64,000 nucleotides of DNA from Guillardia theta CCMP2712 (taxonomy: Eukaryota > Protista > Cryptophyta): positions 354,613 to 418,612 of the forward strand of contig NW_005434639.1 in assembly GCF_000315625.1 (NCBI RefSeq). Direction: 5' to 3'. Position 1 is the stretch's first letter. Each line of letters begins with the position of its first letter. The position numbers were made by a program, and so were the translations under genes. Of this stretch, positions 53,701 through 64,000 are shown piece after piece. The notes under the pieces were generated by a model. The model did not search any database. It was not told the origin of the DNA and was given only the letters and a program-made list of their open reading frames with translations.

Positions 53701-55629
53701 TGCTGCTGTTCGGCCACCAGTATGAAGTATCAAGACCCTGCGACCCTCCTTTTGAGTGACGCTGATGGCAGGGCATGCAAGATCTATCTCACTGCTGCAT
53801 CACTCTGACCATCTTGTTGCTCAGCTTGGACGCAACTCAGTTCTATGCCTCGGTGACTTGTCAACTTTGCTTGTCAACTTCCCCCTCCTCTCCCCTCACA
53901 CTATCAAAACAACGAGAACGACGACGACGACATCAACAACAAGAACGACCATCACCACAACCACCACTACCACCACTACCACCACAACAGCTTCAACCAC
54001 AACACAAACACAAACACAAACAACTTCATCAACTTCAACATCAACATCAACATCAACATCAACATCAACATCAACACAAACACGAACAACAACTTCAACA
54101 ACATCGACAACAACACAAATACAAACACAAACAACTTCAACTTCAAAAACAACACCAGATGTGCAAGACTTCACTATCCACTCTTCCTGCTTTCCTGCTA
54201 TTCCGCTCACCTACTCCTGATCTTGTTTCCTCCTACTTGCTGGTTCACTCGAATTCTCTTCGTCCTCTCTGCGTACCTTCTTCTCATTGTCATTTCTTGG
54301 AGATGTTCTAAATCCTGCTCCTGTGCTGCTTTCTCACGTGACCTTGACATCGTTTTCAGATGTCTCATGCAGCATCTCCCCTGGCCTTCTACATATTTCT
54401 GTGGTCCTACATCTTTATCGTTTTCTTCATTCTCTTCAACATTTTTCTTGCCATTCTTGTGGACGCGTATGCAACTGTGAAGCGAGCTACCGAAGGAGCC
54501 ACAGGTCTCATACAAGAAGTCGCGGATGTGCTCTGGCATGCTGTAAGAAAGTTTCTCCCTCTACCGACAAGGTACCTGTCAGATGAGCAGTTGTACAAGC
54601 TACTCAAGGAGCAGAAACAGCAGTTTGGAAAGACATCCAAGGTGCAACAAGAAGTGAATCAAAAGCTTGAAGACAAAAAGGAGATTCTTCTCCATGGAAG
54701 TGTGAGGCTTGATGTCAATGCCCTTCAGCACCTGTTGCAGCGCAAGTCGTCCAAGAGATGCAACAAGGTTGCCCCGGACATGGAGCAAGCGCAGCATTGC
54801 GACAGGACAGTGGAGATGGAGAATGGGTACGGCAACGACATGGTCCTCGACGTCATGGAGCGATACGGAAGCAACGTGCTCGAGCAACGTGAGCGCAGGA
54901 ATCGCGAGTTCAAGGAGTATGTAGGGGTGGAGAACATGAGGTCACTGTTGATTCGCCTTGCCACAAGGTGGTCTGACTTCGTTCCAGGCGCCTCCTCGCC
55001 ATGAACATGCTGCAGATCGGTGTGCTGGAGGAGCAGAAGAGGCTTTCTAGCATCTTGGAGGCAGTGGCCATTGAAACGCTTGGAGCTTTACCGGAGGTTG
55101 AGACGAGCATGTCGAAGCTGATGGGGAAGCTGAGCAGGAGGGTCGGAGTCGTTCACCTCAAGGTCATCGGTGCCTCTCAGCTTCCGCGCATGGATCTGCT
55201 TCGTAGCTGCGACCCCTACTGCGTCGCTTACGTCGACGGACCTGGCGAGCCGGAGACGTACGTGACAGAGACTCGGCCTAGAGAGGCGAATCCTCGATGG
55301 GACGCTGAGTTCTCATGGGCCATGTACAGCGAGACTCACTTCCTTACCATCTCCCTGTGGGACCAAGATAACGTGACCAGCGCCTGACCTTGTTATTGCC
55401 AGTGACGTCAGCATTGCAGGTGACCAAGGACGATCTGATTGGCACCGCCGTGATCGATCTGCAAGGCTTGGACGGCTCTACGAGCAACAAGGACTTGTCC
55501 CTGAGCTTGACCAATCCCAGAAAAGCCAACAAGGTCAGAGACTCCAGGCTCCACGTCCGAGTTTGGATTCAAAGTCATGAAGAAGCAGCACAACATGATC
55601 AGAATCATGTGGTAACAGTCAAAAACTGA
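47663..55629 (+). CDS. Polycystin-2-like (PKD2/TRPP) cation channel with very large extracellular loop and C-terminal C2 domain
   Basis: TM1 LASTALFYILFATLLF; algal PKD2 motif DPICGDGVCDAPDEYPGFSRFGCVADCG; NRLVGAIVITQTR, FIDSQT...IVTYN, FNWLDLL, RLLKSLDFQQRMGMVTRTI, GVLLFGHQ, FILFNIFLAILVDAY; C2 HLKVIGASQLPRMDLLRSCDPYC...ISLWDQD...DDLIG. Confidence 0.85.
49758..50054 (+). repeat. 27-bp minisatellite x11 (N[I/S]SSNIDTT)
   Basis: aacatcagcagcaacattgatactacc repeated. Confidence 0.9.
50328..51000 (+). repeat. 12-bp GGTS arrays (caggagggacgt) nested with an about 150-bp duplication
   Basis: Arrays at about 50540-50650 and 50787-51000; 50330-50485 is repeated at 50636-50787. Confidence 0.85.
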
Positions 55630-55700
55630 AAAGATGACGCAACTGCCCATTGAATCTGAATGAGCCCTTCCCTTTCCAATGTCTACCTCCTCCAATGTCT

Positions 55701-58026
55701 ACTAGCTTCATCAGAGCTAGCGTAGCTTCATCAGAGCTAGCGTAGCTTCATCAGAGCTAGGGTAGCTTCATCAGAGCTAGCGTAGCTTCATCAGAGCTAG
55801 CGTAGCTTCATCAGAGCTAGGGTAGCTTCATCAGAGCTAGGGTAGCTTCATCAGAGCTAGCGTAGCTTCATCAGAGCTAGCGTAGCTTCATCAGAGCTAG
55901 CGTAGCTTCATCAGAGCTAGCGTAGCTTGATCAGAGCTAGCGTAGCTTCATCAGAGCTAGCGTAGCTTCATCAGAGCTAGCGTAGCTTCATCAGAGCTAG
56001 GGTAGCTTCATCAGAGCTAGGGTAGCTTCATCAGAGCTAGGGTAGCTTCATCAGAGCTAGGGTAGCTTCATCAGAGCTAGCGTAGCTTCATCAGAGCTAG
56101 CGTAGCTTCATCAGAGCTAGGGTAGCTTCATCAGAGCTAGCGTAGCTTCATCAGAGCTAGCGTAGCTTCATCAGAGCTAGCGTAGCTTCATCAGAGCTAG
56201 CGTAGCTTCATCAGAGCTAGCGTAGCTTCATCAGAGCTAGCGTAGCTTCATCAGAGCTAGCGTAGCTTCATCAGAGCTAGCGTAGCTTCATCAGAGCTAG
56301 CGTAGCTTCATCAGAGCTAGCGTAGCTTCATCAGAGCTAGCGTAGCTTCATCAGAGCTAGCGTAGCTTCATCAGAGCTAGCGTAGCTTCATCAGAGCTAG
56401 CGTAGCTTCATCAGAGCTAGCGTAGCTTCATCAGAGCTAGGGTAGCTTCATCAGAGCTAGGGTAGCTTCATCAGAGCTAGCGTAGCTTCATCAGAGCTAG
56501 CGTAGCTTCATCAGAGCTAGCGTAGCTTCATCAGAGCTAGCGTAGCTTCATCAGAGCTAGGGTAGCTTCATCAGAGCTAGCGTAGCTTCATCAGAGCTAG
56601 CGTAGCTTCATCAGAGCTAGCGTAGCTTCATCAGAGCTAGCGTAGCTTCATCAGAGCTAGCGTAGCTTCATCAGAGCTAGCGTAGCTTCATCAGAGCTAG
56701 GGTAGCTTCATCAGAGCTAGGGTAGCTTCATCAGAGCTAGCGTAGCTTCATCAGAGCTAGCGTAGCTTCATCAGAGCTAGCGTAGCTTCATCAGAGCTAG
56801 CGTAGCTTCATCAGAGCTAGCGTAGCTTCATCAGAGCTAGCGTAGCTTCATCAGAGCTAGCGTAGCTTCATCAGAGCTAGGGTAGCTTCATCAGAGCTAG
56901 CGTAGCTTCATCAGAGCTAGCGTAGCTTCATCAGAGCTAGGGTAGCTTCATCAGAGCTAGCGTAGCTTCATCAGAGCTAGCGTAGCCTCATCAGAGCTAG
57001 CGTAGCTTCATCAGAGCTAGCGTAGCTTCATCAGAGCTAGGGTAGCTTCATCAGAGCTAGGGTAGCTTCATCAGAGCTAGCGTAGCTTCATCAGAGCTAG
57101 CGTAGCTTCATCAGAGCTAGCGTAGCTTCATCAGAGCTAGCGTAGCTTCATCAGAGCTAGCGTAGCTTCATCAGAGCTAGCGTAGCTTCATCAGAGCTAG
57201 CGTAGCTTCATCAGAGCTAGCGTAGCTTCATCAGAGCTAGCGTAGCTTCATCAGAGCTAGCGTAGCTTCATCAGAGCTAGCGTAGCTTCATCAGAGCTAG
57301 CGTAGCTTCATCAGAGCTAGCGTAGCTTCATCAGAGCTAGCGTAGCTTCATCAGAGCTAGCGTAGCTTCATCAGAGCTAGGGTAGCTTCATCAGAGCTAG
57401 CGTAGCTTCATCAGAGCTAGCGTAGCTTCATCAGAGCTAGCGTAGCTTCATCAGAGCTAGGGTAGCTTCATCAGAGCTAGGGTAGCTTCATCAGAGCTAG
57501 CGTAGCTTCATCAGAGCTAGCGTAGCTTCATCAGAGCTAGCGTAGCTTCATCAGAGCTAGCGTAGCTTCATCAGAGCTAGCGTAGCTTCATCAGAGCTAG
57601 CGTAGCTTCATCAGAGCTAGCGTAGCTTCATCAGAGCTAGCGTAGCTGCGTCAGAGCTAGCGTAGCTTCATCAGAGCTAGGGTAGCTTCATCAGAGCTAG
57701 CGTAGCTTCATCAGAGCTAGGGTAGCTTCATCAGAGCTAGCGTAGCTTCATCAGAGCTAGGGTAGCTTCATCAGAGCTAGGGTAGCTTCATCAGAGCTAG
57801 CGTAGCCTCATCAGAGCTAGCGTAGCTTGATCAGAGCTAGGGTAGCTTCATCAGAGCTAGCGTAGCTTCATCAGAGCTAGCGTAGCTTCATCAGAGCTAG
57901 CGTAGCTTCATCAGAGCTAGCGTAGCTTCATCAGAGCTAGCGTAGCTTCATCAGAGCTAGGGTAGCTTCATCAGAGCTAGCGTAGCTTCATCAGAGCTAG
58001 GGTAGCTTCATCAGAGCTAGGGTAGC
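55701..58026. repeat. 20-bp tandem satellite, about 116 copies ([C/G]GTAGCTTCATCAGAGCTAG)
   Basis: Exact 20-bp period over 2.32 kb with no indels or spacers. Confidence 0.98.
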
Positions 58027-58377
58027 ATCTTCAGTGTATTTCGCGGTTTAGCGCTCTCATGTTTGTGCTCTCAAAAGGATTGGTTCAAGTTCTGAGGCGG
58101 GTTTCCGATCCTGTTGCACTCCAAAACATGGTTTGGTGCTGCGAAATTTACAAGAGAACGAGAGAGGAGAGGAGAGGAGAGGAGAGGAGAGGAGAGGAGA
58201 GGAGAGGAGAGGGGATAGCAGGCGAGGGAAGAGGAAAAGAATTTAGGGAAGAAGAGAAGAGAGGAGAGGACAGGGATTGAAAGGGGATGAGATGAAGGAG
58301 AGAGAGCAGTGTATGGCTGGGGAGCAGCCAGTTTCTATTCCTCCATGTTATGTCTTCTCATCATACAAAGCAGGGAC

Positions 58378-60824
58378 ATGGCTGATATTGAGAGTACGAT
58401 GGATAAGAAACTTCAGGCAGCGCAGGTTATGAGCATGTTGCTTGACATCACGAATGCTTGCGTGAAGCTTGTGACAGGATGCGCTGAAGAAGGAACTCAA
58501 CGGTCAAATGCTCGGGAATGAAGCCGCCCTTCCAAGGTTGCCGATCCCTGAGGTCTCTTGCTATTGTTCCTCGAGGTCTTGGTAGGGTCAGCCCTGACAT
58601 TTGGAGGCAGCTCGAAGAATCGATCAGTGATTTCTTACGCGCAGCTAAGCCTCTCTTGTCTCCTGCAGAGTTTGAAGAGACGCAGCATCTCGCCAAGCAG
58701 TTCCTGCAGGTTGAAATAACCTGACAGGGAGATGTCTATCTGCTCTCAGTTTGCTGATCGTCTGAACAGGAGGAGGGGCCTGTAATTCACGACAAACTTC
58801 TTGAATACGATGCCATGCCTGGCATCAATAGCTACATAGAGAACTTCTGGGAGGACGCGTATCTCACGCAACGGAGGTGAAGAAGGAGACAGTCTCGCTG
58901 CCGACTGACGTTGGGCTTCAGCTCCATTGCCATCAACACCAACCCCTTCTTTGTGCTCGAAGATGATCCTACTCCCTCGAGAACGTCACAGATTGCGCGA
59001 GCAACAACGTTGGTCTGGTCGAGCCTCAAGTTCTGTCAGGGCGTGCGAGCCGGCGAGCTCGAGCCGGACATGTTTCGCACCACTCCTCTTTGCATGCGCC
59101 AGTACCTCCGACTGTTTGGCACTTGTCGCATCCCGCGAGCAGCTCGAGACGACGTGAGGACGTGTGCAGAGGCGCGACACATCGTGGTGATGTGTCGCGG
59201 TCACATCTACTGGTTCAACGTATTAGATGGCAGCGGCAGGCTCTGCATCTCCGAGTCGATCCTCCGCGAGACTCTCCGCTCTATCCGCGAGGACAGCATC
59301 GCCTTCACCCCCGAGCAGAACATCAGCAACGCTGTTGGCATCCTCACCAGCACAGACCGCGAGACCTGGGCGAGGTGCCGCGAAACTATCTCCAGCATGT
59401 CGGAGCACAACGAGAAGAGTCTGAGGATCGTCGACGAGAGCCTCTTCGTCCTGTGCCTCGACGACAATTCGCCTCAGAGCCCGGCCGACATGGCCAAGTG
59501 CGCCCTACATGGCACGTCGGTAGTCGAGTCGTTTATGGGAAGCTCGGGGATGCAAGTGGGGACGAGCATTAACCGCTGGTACGACAAGAGTCTGCAGCTG
59601 GTGGTCTGTCAGAATGGCGCTGCAGCGATTAACTTCGAGCACTCGGTGATTGACGGCTACACCGTGTTGCGCTTCGCTTCTGATGTCTTCACTGAAACTA
59701 TCCTTCGGTTTGCCGGTCAGAGACCCTCCCTCCTTCTCTTGTCCTCCTCCTTGTCCTCCTCCTTGTCCGACCCATATTCCATATCTAGCGTCTTCTTCCT
59801 GCCTCTCAATGCTGCTCGCCATTCTCATGTCAGTTCGATGCAGAAAACATCCGAGGAGGCTTTGCTCATCGCTCGTCTGCTGGCATGCGATCAGCGGAGC
59901 ATGCAAGGGCCGAAAAGGAAGAAGAAGCTGCGAAAACAGCGTCTTTCCATCGTATCGAGTGGGTTCTCGACAGGGAGCTGCTTACTTCCATCCTAAAGGC
60001 AGAAGCTTTCCTGAGTGACCGAATAATGCAGGCAAGGTAGCCCGGCCAGTTGTGCTCCTGAGCTGCCGCAGGTTGACCTTCAAGTCCTTGAGTTTGCCAA
60101 CTACGGCAAAAATTTTATTGTCGACCAGAGAATGTCACCGGACGCCTACGTGCAGATAGCAATGCAGGTGAGAAAATAAAATAAAATGAGGAGACGAAGA
60201 GAGGAAGGGAAGCAGAGAGGGGAGGATGGGGCAGAGAGGTGGTGAGAGGGAGGGGAAGAGGAAAGACGAGTTCAGTGTGATATGGAACGAGGAAAACACG
60301 AGGGTACAGATGATGTTGCTGAAATGTCAGTTCTTTAGGTGGCTTACTACCAGCTCTACAAGGAGACAGCCTGTACCTACGAAACGTTGATGACAAAGAA
60401 GTTCTTCCACGGAAGGACCGAGGTGAATAAATCATGAGAGAAGAGGGAAGAGAAGAAGGGAGGAGGGAGGGAGGGATGGAGGGAAGGGGAGAGAGAGACT
60501 CGATTTTGAGGTTTCTGACAGGCTGGCTTTGTGGTCACGGAGGAGAGTACGCGTCTGGCTGAGGTGCTTCCCTCACTTGCTCTTATTGATTGACCTGGCG
60601 TGTAGAGTTTCGATCGCAATTCGCTCGAAGTCTCCAAGGAGCTACTCAAGAAGGCGCTTGACGCGCATGTCAAGGTGAAGCCGCATGGCTGCTTGGGAAT
60701 TGAGGGCTTCGTGACCTGATCTTGCTCCTCTCCTGTATCTTCTCCCTCCTCTCCGATGCCTGGTGTCAGGTCGTCAAGCTTGGTTCCGAGGGGCGAGGAA
60801 TCCGTCATCTCTATGCCCTCAAGG

Positions 60825-60867
<43 letters not shown>

Positions 60868-61800
60868 ACGCTCTTCCAGTGCCTCTCTGAACGAGGCCGA
60901 GCGGCCTGGTGGAGCCCCAGGCTTCTCGGAGCGACTTCAACGGTCACACTGCCGGACCTTTTCAAGGGAGTCGCATGGAAAAAGCTTAACCGACATGTCA
61001 TCAGCTCGAGGTCCCCTCTTCCTCTCAGTGAAAGATACTCACGCTCCTCCTCCTCCTTCAACTTCAACTCCGACCGGCTCTATACTCCTCCTCTTCCTCC
61101 TCCTTCTTTTCTCCTCCTCCTGTCTGGCCTTCTGTCTCCAGCAACTGCGGTAATCCAGCTCTCCGTCTCTTTGGCTTCGGGCCTGTTTGCGAGGATGGAT
61201 TCGGGTTTGGCTACATCATCAAAGACGACAACATGCAGGTGCTCGCCCTTCTTCCCTCCTTCCCTCACTTTCGCCTCCTCGCCCTCTCCTTGCACTCGTA
61301 CTTGTACTTCTTGCTGTACCTTCGGTCAAGATTCTGCTGCTCACGTTTTTCATCCTTCGCTTCCAGTTCTGCGTGTCGTCTTTTAACCGACAGACGTCGA
61401 GGCTCATCGCAGCTTTGGAAGACACCCTGCTCAACTTCAAGAGGTCCCTACAGGGACAGACTACTCTGATGCCGCTCTCTCCTGCTTACGGCTCCATGAT
61501 CACCCAGAAGGCAACTACCTCCCATCCAACCTCTTCTGCCTTGCTCTCATGTTCTTTGTACATGTTTCCGGCGTTTCTGCTCCCTTTCCCTTTCCGACCT
61601 CGTTGCCTCAATCCGCCTGCTCTTACGCGTGTTCGCAGCATGTCATCCCTTTCTCTGAGGCGAAGAATTGACAAGCGTCTTCTCGCTCGTCATGTTCTGC
61701 AGGATGGAAGCAGCTCGTCGCGCTTGCTCCAGCTCCTTCTCCACCTGCAGGCGCAGCAACTAACCGTCAGAGGATGTGAAATAGAACGAGAGCCCACAAG
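58378..61800 (+). CDS. Carnitine O-acyltransferase (choline/carnitine acyltransferase family, YAT1-like)
   Basis: LPRLPIPE, SYIENFWEDAYL, INTNPFFVLEDDPTP, PLCMRQY, VGILTSTDRETW, LFVLCLDD, NRWYDKSLQLVV...INFEHSVIDGYTVLRFASDVF (catalytic His), MSPDAYVQ, TYETLMTKKFFHGRTE, NCGNPALRLFGFGPVCEDGFGFGYII. The 3' end is approximate. Confidence 0.9.
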
Positions 61801-61981
61801 AGATGTGAGCGGGGATGAGGGAGAGGGATGTAGTAAGCAGGAAGGGGATCACTGACAAGGACGAGGTGGAAAGAGCGAAGAGCAGAGGAATGAGAGAAGC
61901 TTTTTGATACCTGCTGTTTCTCCTGCTCAACTGCAAGTGCTTTCTCTGCTGCTTTGCTTCTAAAGCCTGAAGCCTGTCAGC

Positions 61982-63226
61982 CTATCGCACATTCTCCTCC
62001 TCCTCACCCGCATCCCACTTGGAGTCTCTCGCGGCAGCTTCAAACAGGCTCTGCCTCTTCCCCAGCTCTTCCACCTGAGCCTCCAGCGGCGACAAGTCTG
62101 TGTACTCGTCGTAAAGCTCTCCCCTGGCATGGCGTGAGCTCGCGACGGCAGCCACCTCCCTCACCCCTCGCACAGCGACAGCCGTTTGCCAGCGAGCTTG
62201 TGCTGCATCAGCTTCCTAGTTAAAAGCACCTTGCGGTAGTTCTCGTTGTCGAGCTTGAGCGAGTCAGATTCAGCGGGGAAGGAGTAGGAGGAAGGAACGG
62301 GGAAGATGAGACAGGAAGAGGGGAAGGACGAGACAAGAGAAGCACAGCAGGAGGAAAGAGAGGAGGAGCTTTTCTCACCTTTTTCTTCAAGGTCGCGATC
62401 TTCTCGTCCAGTCGGCGTCGCAGGCCCTCGTGTTGTGTCGCCTCCTTGTCGCGCGTGAGCTTGAGGATCTTGGAGTTCAAGTCCTTGGCGGAGAGGTTGC
62501 ATCCCTCTGCTTCTGCCTCCAGCCTGAGCATGCACGTGAGACGGCGAAGAGGAAGAGAGGGAGATTTCTCACACTTGCAGCGTTTGATTCCACTTGAAGG
62601 CTTCCTCCCGCCTCCTCACCGTCTCACTCCCTCGTCGTTTGCTCTCCTGCCCTCTACTTCTTGTTCTTTGAGCGGATTCAAAGCCATCCTTCATGAAGTA
62701 GAGTCTCATCTTGCTCTCCGCTACCCCATCGCTCTGCCGTCGCCCTATGCCCAACCACGCGTCCTTTTCCTTCATCCCTGCCAGACCTTGATCCATGCGG
62801 GCATCTAGACGGGCAGCAGCAGCAGCAGCAGCAGCAGCAGTCCCTCCTCTTGCCATCTCTCTCTCGCTCTTCTTGTTAGCGTAGTGCAGGAGGAGGGCTC
62901 GACGGGTCCTCTCATCTTGTGGAGCGATGAGCTGTCGCCTGACAGCTTGTCTGATTGTCTGTACACTCTCCTCCTCTAGCAGCCCCTCCTCCTCCATCGC
63001 CATCGCCATCTCATCCACGCTCAGGCGGTCAAACCATGCCTCCATCCTGTAAGCCAGCCTCTCCTCTCCTCCTCTCCTCCTGTCCCGGTCCTCCTCTCTG
63101 TTCTTTAACCTGCCAGGCTCTCGAGTTGTGGTCGGTTGCCCTCAGTGAAAACGTCGAATAGATCATCTTCATCTGCCATCTGATTGGATAAAAGTTCAAG
63201 TACTTGAAAGTGATGATTCATCATGC
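61982..63226 (-). CDS. Hypothetical multi-exon protein with coiled-coil C-terminus
   Basis: Consecutive minus-strand ORFs (62569-63045, 62220-62531, 61982-62173) separated by pyrimidine-rich GT-AG introns; no family recognised. Confidence 0.45.
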
Positions 63227-64000
63227 AAAACAGATAAAATGCCCTTCCCTACTTCTTCCCTTTTCTGCAATCCTCATCTCCCCTTCTGTTCCCTCTTGTC
63301 TCCCTCCTGTATTCTTCTCACCACCATAGTCCTGTTTGCACATCGAAAGAATCGTGTCAATGCCGTCAGTCTCCTTCTCCTCAACCTTCTTCTGATCATT
63401 TCTGCTATCCCTTCTGAACTCTTGAACCTCCTCCTCCTCCTCCTCCTCCCTGGGAACGTGTAGATAGCAAGCGCTCCCTATCCCTGCATTAGGTTTCTTC
63501 GCTGCTCTAAGTGACGCATGGTGACAGGCAAGGAAGGAAGGTCTGTCTGAGCCAACCATTGCCTATGCAGCTGCCTCTTTCAGTGCTAGCGGGAAGAACG
63601 AGAAGGCAGTCCCCGCCAAGTGGATCAAACAACATTGCCGCAAAGCTTTCAAACGCGTGGTTGATGTTGATGAGAAACATACGACTGTCAACAAGGGACA
63701 GAGGAAGAGACTTTCATGTGTGGTCATGGTCACTAAACTTCCGGCGCTGTACACACGTACGAGCATTGGATGAGGAGGACTTGAGTCAAACGAGTTTTCC
63801 GAACAACCCTCTGACATATCGAAGATTAATTTAGATTTCTGAAATATTATTTGAGAATCGAAATATTATTTGAGAATTGAAATCTTATTTCAGAATTGAA
63901 ATCTTATTTCACCCTTGTCGATTTTACAGGTGAACCTGCAGTCAAACTTGTCACCGAGAATAGATAGATAGAGAAAGGAGCGAGATGAGAGAGGAGAGAT

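Noticed and set aside
55701-58026. CRISPR array or telomere
   Set aside because: No unique spacers, no cas genes, eukaryotic context, internal position and no telomere-type G-rich unit.
63838-63910. Short AT-rich repeat of about 19-20 bp (gaaatattatttgagaat)
   Set aside because: Only about four degenerate copies near the window edge; nothing supports a function.

Overview
Gene-dense eukaryotic nuclear DNA with many short GT-AG introns, purine- or pyrimidine-rich introns and microsatellites. The style suggests a cryptophyte alga (Guillardia/Hanusia-like); that is inference. Recognisable genes, in order: a giant intronless type-II membrane protein with cadherin/Ig-like and FN3 repeats that runs off the left edge (not in the ORF track); methionine synthase reductase; an EML/WD40 protein with (CAG)61 polyQ; an uncharacterised HDLxH protein; a large protein ending in a hemerythrin domain; a right-handed beta-helix protein; ALDH16; a membrane-anchored TTL-like ligase; an inverted pair of YeeE/YedE (TsuA-like) sulfur transporters; long-form DERA; Yippee; a JmjC demethylase; PKD2-like channel with C2 domain; carnitine acyltransferase. 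There is also a scrambled 4.4-kb nest of 5'-truncated RLE non-LTR retrotransposon copies and a 116-copy 20-bp satellite. The best candidate for an undescribed system is the sulfur module at 29.4-35.5 kb. One YeeE copy there is fused in frame to four DUF442-type sulfurtransferase domains, beside a near-identical stand-alone YeeE. That block lies between DERA and ALDH16, which keep the order and strand of bacterial deoC-ALDH16 pairs. Exon boundaries were read by eye and are approximate.
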